DNA from: an uncultured virus (IMG/VR IMGVR_UViG_3300012147_001294)
Taxonomy: Duplodnaviria > Heunggongvirae > Uroviricota > Caudoviricetes
IMG/VR virus record: IMGVR_UViG_3300012147_001294
DNA length: 20,000 nt
Reading direction: 5' to 3' (one strand)
Position numbers and translations under genes: made by a program
Shown here: positions 7,499-18,400 of the stretch, in pieces
Numbering within the stretch: the stretch's first letter is position 1
How the letters are laid out: every line of letters starts with the position of its first letter
The notes under the pieces: generated by a model
What the model was told of the DNA's origin: nothing
Databases searched by the model: none
What the model saw: the letters and a program-made list of their open reading frames with translations, nothing else

Positions 7499-7686
7499 TA
7501 GTATAATAGTTGTCTTCCGTCTTCTGTAATTATTTTTTTATTTATTCTTTCAACCAAACTTCTATCACCTTTGATAATGCAAACACCATCAGGACAATTT
7601 GGTTTATATTCATTGGTAGTATCTAAAAATTCGTCTAAATCACTATTTAGTTGTGTTTTTTTGTTATTTTGTTTCTTATCTTCCAT
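7498..7686 (-). CDS. Small hypothetical protein (62 aa) with CPDGVC motif
   Basis: ATG start, 1-nt stop/start overlap with the next gene, preceded by the TATTTATA motif. Confidence 0.72.
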   Translation of the reverse strand: MEDKKQNNKKTQLNSDLDEFLDTTNEYKPNCPDGVCIIKGDRSLVERINKKIITEDGRQLLY

Positions 7687-7720
7687 ATTAAATTAATTTT
7701 TTATTTAAATTATTGTTATA

Positions 7721-7728
7721 TATAAATA
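7721..7728 (-). promoter_or_regulatory. TATTTATA motif (candidate phage-specific promoter)
   Basis: In the 49-nt gap, 34 nt before ATG 7686. Confidence 0.5.
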
Positions 7729-7735
7729 TCTTAAT

Positions 7736-8140
7736 TTAATTAAAAACTCGACTTATACTTAAAATTTTAAGTTCTTTATTACTAATTAATATTATTTTAT
7801 TATTGTATTCACTCCAATTTAATTTTACTGTTTTGTTTTCAATAAAATCATAGGTGTCTGGATATTTTTCTTTTATTAAAAGATTTAAACCATTTATTGT
7901 GTATAAAACGTTTAATCTTTTATGGATTATGATTGAATTTGGGAACATTTCTTTTATATTTATTGGTTCATCCTTCAATACGTTTACTCTAAAAGTAAAA
8001 ATTAGTTTTGAGTCATCATCTATATTTTTAAATATAAAAACTTTATTTTTTTTTATATTAAAATCATTTTCTAAATAGTTTAGAAAATAATCGATTTTAT
8101 TTGGATTTATGAATGATGCTAGTAGGACTGTTTTCTTCAT
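7736..8140 (-). CDS. Hypothetical phage protein (134 aa)
   Basis: ATG-start ORF on the coding strand, 44-nt overlap with the upstream gene; no function recognised. Confidence 0.75.
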   Translation of the reverse strand: MKKTVLLASFINPNKIDYFLNYLENDFNIKKNKVFIFKNIDDDSKLIFTFRVNVLKDEPINIKEMFPNSIIIHKRLNVLYTINGLNLLIKEKYPDTYDFIENKTVKLNWSEYNNKIILISNKELKILSISRVFN

Positions 8141-8732
8141 TGTTTGTTATTGAAAATAAAAATGGTGTATAACGAACATTATTTTCAAGTCCAGTTATAT
8201 TAGTTTTATCCTCTATAAATATGGTATCATCTGTGAAAAACACAGAACTTTTAGCCTTAATTTTATTTTTAATCTTAGAAACATTTATACCTACAAATCT
8301 CAATAATTTTAAATCTATCCCTAGTATAATATTTTCCGCATATATATAAATCATTTGACCATTTTGATAGCTTATTTTATTCTCCATATTAAAGAATTTT
8401 TTCACTATTTTTTTAATGGTAATGTCTGAAAATTGTATTACGTCTACAAAAACATATGAAATTTTATCAAATAATTGTGATACCACTAAATTAACAAACC
8501 ATCTCAAATCTTCCTCGTATTTATCTCTTCTTTCTGTTTTTTTGAATGTCCAATATAGGTTTTCACCCAATTTTCTCTCCAAAATATCAAAATCTGGATA
8601 ATTATTGTTCACATAATAAAACCCTAAAATTAAAGTGGGTATTCCATGGATGATTTCATCCATGGAACCCACAATATTAAATGCTTTACTTACATTTACT
8701 GAATGTGTTGAGACTATATTTGCTATTTTCAT
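8097..8732 (-). CDS. Hypothetical phage protein (211 aa)
   Basis: ATG-start ORF directly behind a Bacteroidota-type promoter; no function recognised. Confidence 0.78.
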   Translation of the reverse strand: MKIANIVSTHSVNVSKAFNIVGSMDEIIHGIPTLILGFYYVNNNYPDFDILERKLGENLYWTFKKTERRDKYEEDLRWFVNLVVSQLFDKISYVFVDVIQFSDITIKKIVKKFFNMENKISYQNGQMIYIYAENIILGIDLKLLRFVGINVSKIKNKIKAKSSVFFTDDTIFIEDKTNITGLENNVRYTPFLFSITNNEENSPTSIIHKSK

Positions 8733-8736
8733 AAAG

Positions 8737-8768
8737 CAAAGTTACTAAATTATTTTAAATTATGCAAA
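8737..8768 (-). promoter_or_regulatory. Bacteroidota-type housekeeping promoter (-33 TTTG / -7 TAnnTTTG)
   Basis: Minus strand reads TTTG(8768-8765)-N20-TAACTTTG(8744-8737)-CTTT-ATG. Confidence 0.7.
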
Positions 8769-11700
8769 TTGGTCCCATCTTTTAATAGCTGAATTATAAA
8801 TAGCTAATTTTTGATTAAATGTAGGTGTTCCTAAATTAAAATTAGCTTTATCCGCTGGTGACCACCATCGATTAATATATGTTGTTACCCAATCATTAGC
8901 ATTATCACTATTGAATCCTTTACTTCTGACTCTATCAACCATAAATTTTAAGAAACCATCATCATCATCAAATACAGCAAACGCTCTTGTTTTACCGCCA
9001 CTATCAACTCTACAATATTGACCAGTAATCCCAGGTGAACCCCATTTACCACCATCCGTCTGAACACCAGAATAATTAAAACCACCAGCTGATTTGAAGC
9101 TAGTTCTTTCTGCATTTTTACTAGCTTCCGCAAACATAATAGCAAAAACAGCCTTACCTAACCCAATATCGGATGTTATTAATTTAATTTTATTAACTGT
9201 CGTATTATAACCAATTAGTGTAGGTTCTGGGATTGGATTTTGGAATTTAAAATCATATTTTGGTGATTTACACCCAATCGCTCCTTCTATACCATTTTGT
9301 CTATCACTGGCGTTGATTGTCTTATAATTACACCCAATGTATACCGCTTCTTTTCCATCTTTGCCTTTAGGGTTTTTAACAAATGGTTTAATTAATTCTT
9401 CTTTTATTTCAGACAATGGATTGTCAGAGGCTTTATTGCCTCCAGCACCTGGTATTGGTCTATTCCTTAACATACAAATAGCTGATTTACCATGATATTC
9501 CCAATGCCAGTGTTCTTCACCATTTACTTTACCTAATCCTTGACCATCGTTGGCCCAATATGGTTGTACGAAACCATATTTGTAAGAATTTCTATATAAC
9601 CAACCAATTGCTGGGTTTTCTTCAAAATTAAAAAATTTAGCTGGGCTACCAGTGGTGAATTCATTTCTAAAAATACCTTCCGAACCATTTCGCCTAAACA
9701 TTTGTAAATCAACAGCAATACCCCAACCATGTGGTGAGTTTTGTTTGGGTCTCACTCTATACATAGAGGTTATATATGCATGTATAGCGTTATCTCCAGA
9801 ACCAGAAACTGGTGTGAAATCGTTTTCACTCATCCATTTACCCCAATCAGTTAACATATTAGTTAATGGTACAGCAGCCTCAGTAAGCATTCTTTTATCT
9901 GGGTCTAATTCAAAACTAATATATTTTATTTTATCTATTTTAGTTAAAGTTATATTATTACTTTCTATTATTGAATTAAGACTACCATTTTCTATTATTG
10001 TTTGGATTATTGGTGCATAACTTCCAGTTTTAAAACTACCAGTTTCACCATCTATAACACCAGTCCCAGCATTTTCCGTATCTATTGAATCAGTAAGTGA
10101 CATAAATAAATCATATGCCGTAATCAATGGTGTGTCAGAATATCTAGTCCTTGTACCAGTAAATACTGTTGACATATAATTTGGTTTTATATTATGTTTT
10201 ACTCCTGTAATCATATAAGCACCATGAAACATGGGTATGTTGTCCAATTGAAAATACATCATAGGTTGAATCATGGCGTTACCCATCATTTCAACTTGTG
10301 CTTTGTAACTTCTGACTGAATATACATTAAAAATATTTTGTCCAGCTAAAGACCTATTAGTTTGACCACCTTTTTGTGAAATGTCCTCTTGAATTTGTAA
10401 AGACTCATCAGTTTCGATAAATTCACTTTGGTCTAATAAAATATCTTTAAATATATTTTGATTTTGTTGACCATAAGCAACTTTAAACACTGCAACTGGG
10501 TCTTCCCCATCTGATATATCGGTAGTGAAATCATTTGGTGCATCGGTAGAAACGTTTCCATCATTACACTCAAAATCAAAACTATCATTACCATATTCTG
10601 AATTATTAAAATCTAAATGTTTTGATGGTTGTCCAGCATAAACACAAACAAAGTTAGGTCCGCATGAACCGTTTGCTATTGCTTCTTCGTAATTTGGGTA
10701 TGTCCCAAACATGGCTTTAAGGTTTTCAGGGTCTTTGTAGTTCACAAAAGTAGGTAATGCATTGAAAACAAATTTATTTGAATCCAATAACCCACTAATA
10801 GCGTCATATGCAGAAGTGTTAGGTGATTTTATTAAATAGTTATTAACAGGTATAGGGTTGATAAATAATTTGTCGCCTATGTCTTGAAATGACCTACTGA
10901 CAAATCTAAAACTATCAATAAGACTTGGTGTATCACGACCATTATTTTTGGCAAGTTCTAAATCTACCTTACTCCTCACACTTCTACTACTACTATCACC
11001 ACATTGAAAAATTAAATTCTTTGGGTCGGTAGCTCCAGCTAACCATTTATCGTTTATGTTTTTACATGTTGTATATAAAATAAATTTAATTACACTCTCA
11101 TCTGTTGTCCCAAAAACTTGTTGTTCAATTTTTCTTTTAATTAATGTTGGTGAAAAAGAGTCAATTTGTGTTTTTATTTCAGTAATTAGAGCCGATAAAT
11201 ATATGTTAAATGATGCGACAGAAACGGAGTTTATGTATCTGTTATTACCAGAGTCAGTTTCATCCCTCCATATTTTATAATTATTGTTAACGATAATAAC
11301 TTCTTGTTTCATAGCATCGATTAATGCCTTAACCCCAGAATTAGTGGCATAGTTACCACCCATTTCTAAAGCTAAATAATCGTTATCCCGACTAGACACA
11401 TTCGATTCATTTCTTGGGGGGCCAATAGGTGTCATTATAACATAATTTTTACTTTTAAATTTGTCATTTATATAGTTAACAACACTTATCGTGTCGTTTT
11501 TTTCATTTACAGCGTTTTTTATGGTATTTAAAAATGAATTAAACTCAGTAGAGTTGCCTGAAAAAATTTCTAGTTCATTTTTAAGTTCATTCCAACTTAC
11601 CTTATCATCAGTTCCATTAACAAAACTGAAAAAAGAGTTTTTAAATTCTTCAATTACTTGAATAGGTAATCTTCTAAAGAGAGAATCTTTATCAATGTTT

Positions 11701-14700
11701 ACGTAATCTTTACCTAACGATAGACCCCATTCTAGCCACTGTAACAACTCGTCCCTATCATGGTTGCCACCAAAAGTTACATCCCAAAGTGTTTCACCAT
11801 TTTTACTCCAAAATATGGGGTCTTTAGGGTTATCGTTGGTTCTGTTTCCATCACTAACACCAGAACCACCACCAATTAATAAACCGCCCTCAATGATTGG
11901 GTCCTCTGAAGATAATCTCCATAATATGCTCCCAACCCAAGCACACCATAGTCTTGGAGAATGAATGAACCCAGCTTTTTGATTGAATAAATGTTTTATT
12001 TCGTTTACTTCAAAAGGTGAACCATCTGATGTATTCCAAGGTAAGTTGTTTAAAAACAAAAAGGCTTTGGAATAATTTCCACAGAAATAAATACTTCCAT
12101 CTTGAGATTCAATCTTTGCTCTACTCTGACCATAATAAAATTTACTACCAAATAATGAAAAAGAATGATTATCAGTACTACTCCTATATTCTTCAGTGCC
12201 AAAACCAGTAGTAAAACTAGTATCGAATGCTGGTTGTTCAAAATATGGGAAGGTAATTGATGTATCACCATTAATTAACGCATTAAATAATTCTCTATTA
12301 AGCCCGATATCTTCATGTAAAACATTATCTTCATTATCTAAAAAAAATTTTTCTTTTTCTTTAGGTGTACTTCTAGTAGTCATCAGACTTTCTTTATCAA
12401 AATCATACTTTGTCTTGAGTGGTGTAATCTTATCTGCCGATAATTTTCTGCTTCTACTTAAACCTTTACTGGCTGAATTTCTGTAAAAGACGTACATTAA
12501 AGGTAGTTTTGACCCAATACTACCACCAAAATCCATTTTAACATATTCTTGAATACCCAAAGAACCACCAAATGAATTATAGCCAGCTGTTGAATCCACT
12601 GTGTCATCTGACATTTTAGCTAAATCAAACAAACTTTCAGTTTCAATATTATCTGAGGTTGGAAATAATTTTACGTTATTTTTAAATGAATCAACAGGGA
12701 TTATTTTCATATACATACTTCCATCAATTGGTTTTTTATTTGATAATCCATCACCGTGATAGTTGGTTAAAAAGAAACTATCTGTTGCTTTATTAGCATT
12801 ATTATCCCACCTAGCTTTTTCTTTTAACTCATCTGGGGAAATTAACCATTCACCACTAAAGGTATCGCTAATTGGTATTATGCTTTCCCTTCTTTCAGCC
12901 CTTGGGTTAGCGTATATGTAGTTATTTTCGGCTTTTATTAATAAATTTTTAAAACCATCATTTTTATCTATTTTTACATTAATATAATCTTCTAAACTTA
13001 ATTGAGAAATTGACTGCAAAAGGGTTTTATTTGTGATGTTTCTTACTATCGCATCAACTTCTATTTTAGCCATTACCTCAATTTCTTTATTCTCGACATC
13101 TAAAGTGTTACTACCATTAGTATAACCTAGAAATGTTATACCTCTGTGTATAATCATACGTATCACTTCTTCTTTAGTGGTATAAGTTGTTCTGGCATAC
13201 GGTTCTTGTTCATTAAATAATTTAGTATCTAATGGGTTTACTGGGAACCAAGTTGTTTCAATCGTAGCTATTTCTGTTTCTACTTGATTGGTTAATTCTT
13301 GAGAAATTATAAATGCTTTTAATAAATCATCAATAAAGTTTAATTCATCAACTAATTGAGGGTTTTCCAAAACGCCATAATCACCAAGATATTTATCAAC
13401 AAAATTACCGTCAATCTCTTTTTCTTTATAATCTGGCCAAGCAAAGAATTTATTTTTATTTATGCTATTTTTTTTAATGTCTGTAGAACTAACTAAATCG
13501 GTTGTGAATTTTTTTGCTAATTCTTCAGTTCTGGTTATATTTAGTTCTGCCGCATTAGATACAGTATAGATAGTTTCCATCATTACCTCAATAGCTACAG
13601 TGAAAATCTCTGTTATATTTTTGACCGTTGGTTCAAAACTTAAGTTATTGCTAAAAGAATTTTTTAATTCCTCGGCCAAAACCATCTTTGTATTTTTTTC
13701 GGTTTTTTTCAGTTCGTTAACGCTGTTAGCTAACGTTTTATATATTTTAGTTAAATTATACGCATCAAAAACTAAATCGTCACTTAAACCATTTTTATAA
13801 TATTTATTCAGATAATTATTTATATTTTTTTTGTATTGTAACATACCATCAAATGACCCAATTACCCCAGTTAAATAATCATCGGTTTCAGACCCAGATA
13901 AAGATTTTTTAGTTTCAAATACTGTTAAACCTTTGTCTATTCCAATTGTAGTTAAATCAGTAAAATCAATTAATTTAAGGGTAACAATATTAGTTGTTAG
14001 TTTGTTAAATTTTTCTATATTTAATGAAATCATTGAAGTATAATCGTTGATGGCTTTATTAACTATATCAGGTTTTTTATTATTAGGTTTTATAATGAAA
14101 GTAAATTCAGGTCTAGCTAACTCTGGAATAACATCTAAAGCAACACCTAGAATATTTAGATTATTTTTAATTTCATCTATTAGTTTTAATGCCTCGTTTA
14201 TACTATTGAGATTTTTTGACGCATCAGAATTATTTGATATTTTTGGGATACCTTCATTTATTTTACCAATGGCAATCATTAACTCGTTTAAATCTAAAAT
14301 TTTTGAAGTTCTTTTTAAATTTATGGCGGCATATATCGATTTACCGATTTCAGTATATGGTATTGCTTTCATATACCCAATAATTAAATCCGATAACATA
14401 GCATAAGTATAACCAACAAATTGACATTGAATTTCAAAGTTACCAGTTTTTGAATTAAATTTAGCGTTAAATTTAAGCATATGAAGACAGTAAGTTACTG
14501 GCTTACCGTAATAACCTTTTATCTCCAACTCAAATAACGGGTATGGTAATTGAAAAAAAACGCCATATTTATTCCCTGAATTATTACCAGAAATATTTTC
14601 CTCGTTTTGAAAAATAGAGCTACCTCTCACATCAACGAAATCAATACTAATCATTGGTGCCATTGATGGATTAAAAGAAATATCGATATTTGTGATACCT

Positions 14701-15011
14701 AAAGTTTCACTATTTAATGTTCCTTTATCAAATACCGTAGTTAAATCAGTATACTTAGTTGTTAGTGATTTACCAGCTCCTGTTTCACTTCCTTCAATGA
14801 AATTAACAGATATTTTACTAGAACTTTCTACCGAACTACTTTCACCTGTTGTGCTTAATACTGTTCTAGCCTTTCTACTTGTTCTTAAAATAACAGATAT
14901 GTTTAAATCCTCTAAAGGAACTGACATATTATTACTTGAATCAAACCCATCTCTATCGTTTGGGTCAACTATTGTTAACTTACCAGCACTACACCCTATT
15001 TTATTCTCCAT
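8760..15011 (-). CDS. Giant baseplate hub-like virion protein (~2083 aa) with C-terminal M15/VanY-type Zn peptidase and lysozyme-fold (GH73-like) domain
   Basis: Hub/gpD-like segment VEMMGNAMIQP...GAYMITGVKHNI...TVFTGTR (~10150-10320); M15 motifs SMYR, SPHGWGIAVD, YGF, EHWHWEY (~9490-9770); C-terminal AIMFAEAS..FNYSGVQ..RAFAVF. Start placed at ATG 15011, which overlaps the upstream stop, rather than 15059. Confidence 0.78.
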   Translation of the reverse strand: MENKIGCSAGKLTIVDPNDRDGFDSSNNMSVPLEDLNISVILRTSRKARTVLSTTGESSSVESSSKISVNFIEGSETGAGKSLTTKYTDLTTVFDKGTLNSETLGITNIDISFNPSMAPMISIDFVDVRGSSIFQNEENISGNNSGNKYGVFFQLPYPLFELEIKGYYGKPVTYCLHMLKFNAKFNSKTGNFEIQCQFVGYTYAMLSDLIIGYMKAIPYTEIGKSIYAAINLKRTSKILDLNELMIAIGKINEGIPKISNNSDASKNLNSINEALKLIDEIKNNLNILGVALDVIPELARPEFTFIIKPNNKKPDIVNKAINDYTSMISLNIEKFNKLTTNIVTLKLIDFTDLTTIGIDKGLTVFETKKSLSGSETDDYLTGVIGSFDGMLQYKKNINNYLNKYYKNGLSDDLVFDAYNLTKIYKTLANSVNELKKTEKNTKMVLAEELKNSFSNNLSFEPTVKNITEIFTVAIEVMMETIYTVSNAAELNITRTEELAKKFTTDLVSSTDIKKNSINKNKFFAWPDYKEKEIDGNFVDKYLGDYGVLENPQLVDELNFIDDLLKAFIISQELTNQVETEIATIETTWFPVNPLDTKLFNEQEPYARTTYTTKEEVIRMIIHRGITFLGYTNGSNTLDVENKEIEVMAKIEVDAIVRNITNKTLLQSISQLSLEDYINVKIDKNDGFKNLLIKAENNYIYANPRAERRESIIPISDTFSGEWLISPDELKEKARWDNNANKATDSFFLTNYHGDGLSNKKPIDGSMYMKIIPVDSFKNNVKLFPTSDNIETESLFDLAKMSDDTVDSTAGYNSFGGSLGIQEYVKMDFGGSIGSKLPLMYVFYRNSASKGLSRSRKLSADKITPLKTKYDFDKESLMTTRSTPKEKEKFFLDNEDNVLHEDIGLNRELFNALINGDTSITFPYFEQPAFDTSFTTGFGTEEYRSSTDNHSFSLFGSKFYYGQSRAKIESQDGSIYFCGNYSKAFLFLNNLPWNTSDGSPFEVNEIKHLFNQKAGFIHSPRLWCAWVGSILWRLSSEDPIIEGGLLIGGGSGVSDGNRTNDNPKDPIFWSKNGETLWDVTFGGNHDRDELLQWLEWGLSLGKDYVNIDKDSLFRRLPIQVIEEFKNSFFSFVNGTDDKVSWNELKNELEIFSGNSTEFNSFLNTIKNAVNEKNDTISVVNYINDKFKSKNYVIMTPIGPPRNESNVSSRDNDYLALEMGGNYATNSGVKALIDAMKQEVIIVNNNYKIWRDETDSGNNRYINSVSVASFNIYLSALITEIKTQIDSFSPTLIKRKIEQQVFGTTDESVIKFILYTTCKNINDKWLAGATDPKNLIFQCGDSSSRSVRSKVDLELAKNNGRDTPSLIDSFRFVSRSFQDIGDKLFINPIPVNNYLIKSPNTSAYDAISGLLDSNKFVFNALPTFVNYKDPENLKAMFGTYPNYEEAIANGSCGPNFVCVYAGQPSKHLDFNNSEYGNDSFDFECNDGNVSTDAPNDFTTDISDGEDPVAVFKVAYGQQNQNIFKDILLDQSEFIETDESLQIQEDISQKGGQTNRSLAGQNIFNVYSVRSYKAQVEMMGNAMIQPMMYFQLDNIPMFHGAYMITGVKHNIKPNYMSTVFTGTRTRYSDTPLITAYDLFMSLTDSIDTENAGTGVIDGETGSFKTGSYAPIIQTIIENGSLNSIIESNNITLTKIDKIKYISFELDPDKRMLTEAAVPLTNMLTDWGKWMSENDFTPVSGSGDNAIHAYITSMYRVRPKQNSPHGWGIAVDLQMFRRNGSEGIFRNEFTTGSPAKFFNFEENPAIGWLYRNSYKYGFVQPYWANDGQGLGKVNGEEHWHWEYHGKSAICMLRNRPIPGAGGNKASDNPLSEIKEELIKPFVKNPKGKDGKEAVYIGCNYKTINASDRQNGIEGAIGCKSPKYDFKFQNPIPEPTLIGYNTTVNKIKLITSDIGLGKAVFAIMFAEASKNAERTSFKSAGGFNYSGVQTDGGKWGSPGITGQYCRVDSGGKTRAFAVFDDDDGFLKFMVDRVRSKGFNSDNANDWVTTYINRWWSPADKANFNLGTPTFNQKLAIYNSAIKRWDQFA

Positions 15012-15321
15012 ATAATAATTTATGATTTTTAACTTCCCCCATGTATCTATTGATTGCACTTTCGAATGGGAAAGGAATCCTAATCATGGACATATCTGGT
15101 ATGTTAAATTCTAACCCACCGTATTGTGGATTGGCTAACATGATTAGCCAACCACTATACGGATTATTATAATACAAATTACTTAATTTGTCAAGTCTAG
15201 TTAAGCCTTGTTTATATACCATACTTTTATCTTCACCAGAAAGTGGTATTTTAATACCTGGAATTGGTGAAATATTTTCATTAATTCTAAATCTACTATA
15301 TCTATCGAAATATTCGTTCAT
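15001..15321 (-). CDS. LysM-like baseplate protein (P2 gpX / T4 gp53-like), ~106 aa
   Basis: YKQGLTRLDKLSNLYYNNPYSGWLIMLANP...IRIP matches the LysM/tail-X pattern; lies between tube-initiator-like and hub-like genes. ATG 15321 preferred over TTG 15372. Confidence 0.8.
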   Translation of the reverse strand: MNEYFDRYSRFRINENISPIPGIKIPLSGEDKSMVYKQGLTRLDKLSNLYYNNPYSGWLIMLANPQYGGLEFNIPDMSMIRIPFPFESAINRYMGEVKNHKLLYGE

Positions 15322-15404
15322 TTTATTTGTTTTTTTAACATGTTGTACCAGATAAAGGACGCTTTGTCTCAAGTATCATGGATTACTTTTTTATAACCTA
15401 TAAA

Positions 15405-18400
15405 TTAATTTACGAAATCAATCAAGGTCTTTGAATCACGTAAATATTTTCTATCGTAAAAAAACTTTATATCTAATTCTGGTATTGAAATAACGAAAGT
15501 TAATTTATTACTTGGTTCAATAGCGAAATCACCTATAATAGCACCCCAATTTTTTACTTCAGATAAAAATACCGTATTGTTTTCTTCTGTAATATTTTTA
15601 AGTTTAAACGATACTAATTCTAATGAATTCATTGTTGTTACATTAGAATTTAAAGTTATTTTTACGTCATATTCTTTTGATAATTCTTGATTAGAATCAA
15701 ACCCAAATTTACCACCTAAAGTGTTAAATGTACTTATCTGAATCGTAAAATAATCTTTTTTTAACGTTAAAAAATTTTTCAGAATATCATAATCACTAAC
15801 AGTAACTTCTAAATCAGTGTTTACTGATGTCGATTGACCACTTTGTGAGACTTCCGTTTCATTTTCTTTTTCTTGATTTATATTTTCATTATCAATAATT
15901 TCCATACCGTTTTCATCTTTTTCTATTTCAGATATATCTTTTATTCCATTGTGTAAATACCATGGTCTAAATGTATTAACTATTTCGACTCCTGCTAATT
16001 CAATCCCATTAAATGGTTCATCAATTACTGGTGCTATCTCACTAACTTTAGCTGGGGCAATCATTGGTTTATCTTTTGATATGTAATCAGCTCTAGGGTC
16101 GTAAACTTGTGTGTTTGCAAAATAGTTAAACGATAACGCATTTTGTAATTTGTTAATTGGCCCCATAAGGGTAGAACCACCAATAAATTTAAAACTCATA
16201 CTAACATTGGCAATCATTGGTTGGACACCAATACCCTCTGGATTTAAATCCCAAACCAATGGCTCATAATCAATACTAACGTTATCAATCACTATTTTAG
16301 TATTATAAAAATCACCAATTCTTAAAATACATATCGGTGGTCTACCAAATGCTAAATTTGTCGCACCTTGTTCTTCCATAGTTGGTCCTTGTCTAGTACA
16401 TTGTAATAAAAAAGTTAACCTAGAATTTAATCCTTCTGGTGTAGTCGAATGGAAAGCTGGGTGAAAATATTTTATTTTTTGTCTAAAACTATCAAACACT
16501 AATGGGTCTTCATCAGTTAATTTGTCAAAATATAAAGTTTCATTGTAATATTTACCACTTATTTTATTATTTATTCTTCTATTGTTATTATCGTCATTAA
16601 TTACTTCTTTTTTAGGTAAGTCTTCACCAGCAATGTCTTTACTGTAAATAAACGATACTTTGGCTACCCTGTCTTGTTTACAAGCTAATGAATCGGTAGG
16701 ACACTCTGCCGCTTGTCTTAATTTTGGTATTCCTTCGCAAGGAATGCAGCCAATTGATTGAATCTCTATCGTTTCACCAATAATAAACCTTTTATCAAAG
16801 TCAGCGTCAGTTAATTTAGGTGAACCAGCTTTTATTGATGGCCACCATCTTTGTTTAATGTCTTCCTTTAGATTAATTGCTCTATCTTTAGCTAATTTAT
16901 TATTATAAACAATATTTCCTTGTCTACTAGCATAGCCAGTTATCGTAGCAATAAAGTTTGGTGATACTTCAATTAAATGTTTTGTCATTAATTCAACAAG
17001 TTTAGGGTCAAAATAACCATTTAATACTTGACTATCTGCACAAACAATTGTTGGTGAAGTTGCTGGGCTTCGTTTTTCTTCAATATTTTCAGAATAATTT
17101 AACCCAAAATTATATCTGTCTGGCCAACCTTCACCATCGGATTGGATGCTGTTGTTTCTGGCACCAGGGGTGTAATTAGCCATATAATTTCCAAGTCCTT
17201 GGTCTTCACCGTTTTCATTGACTGAATAATCTATGGGTGTTGAATCTGTTTTGTTATTAAGACCGTTTTCATATAATAATTCAATAGCTGCGTTATCGTT
17301 AGGAAAATAAACTGATATATCTGTGGGTACCACTTCTTCTTCAATAACTTTAACATCTTCATTTATTGGTGTTGATTTAACTATATCGCTAATTTGGGAT
17401 GGTGTTAATTTTTCACTAAATTTACTATCTGGGTCAATACATCCAGCCCAAAATGAAGCCATATAACTGTCATCTGGTCCTTCTTCCCCTCTAAAACTAT
17501 TTATATAACTAGGGTGGTCAACAATAATTTGAAATGATAAATTACCTGTTCTTTCAGTATTATTGTAAGTGTATATTGGTTCTCCACGCCCAATAAAATT
17601 ACTTGTTTCCCAACTTAAACTACTATTTTCACTAAAGTTAATATTATATGGTGGAAACCACATGATTCTACCTTTTTTACCAGTTAGTAGGTCTCCTGGG
17701 CCACGCTCTGACCTAGGCAATAAAGTATTACTATCAGCCCAAGCAAGGTTTTCAATAGAAAACATATATTGTTTTGGGTCTGTAGGTATGTCATCAGTGT
17801 AAGGTGTTATTTTTGGAATACCAAATTCACTTAATATTGACCCTTGAGTATTATTACGATATGGAACTGTAGTATTAATTCCGTTTACTGTAGTTGCACC
17901 CTTATTATCAATACCATCGGTACCACTTCTAACTAACTTTTTAACTCTATCGTATCTATCAAGAGTGGTCCAACTTCTACAATAAGTATCATTAGCTGAT
18001 ATGTTCTCTTCACCTTTATATCTACCTTGTTCGTTAAATAATGAAGCTTTTAATACTGCATTACCTTTGGAAAAACCTTTACCGTTGGCTGTCTGTATTT
18101 GAGATGATTTTTTATCCATATCCCCTTTAGCTGTAATGATATTAATCATACCTTTACTGTTGAATAGTTTTTGGGTTTTAATTAATAAAGATTTTCTATC
18201 ACCTACAAGTTCATCATTTCGACCAATTATATCTTGTATAAATCTAAAATTATCTGGTAATATTAGTTCATTTATGGTATTTACAGCCTCACCATTTGTA
18301 GATGTCCAAGTAAAGTTAACATCACTTACTTTTCTGTTTTCGTATCCACTATTACCTCTTGGTCCAGCACCTATTTCTTCTGGGCTTAAAAATCCAGACT

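Noticed and set aside
15322..15404. 83-nt spacer as a structured RNA or N-terminal extension from TTG 15372
   Set aside because: No convincing stem found by eye; ATG 15321 has an A-rich leader like other genes and gives a compact LysM-like protein.
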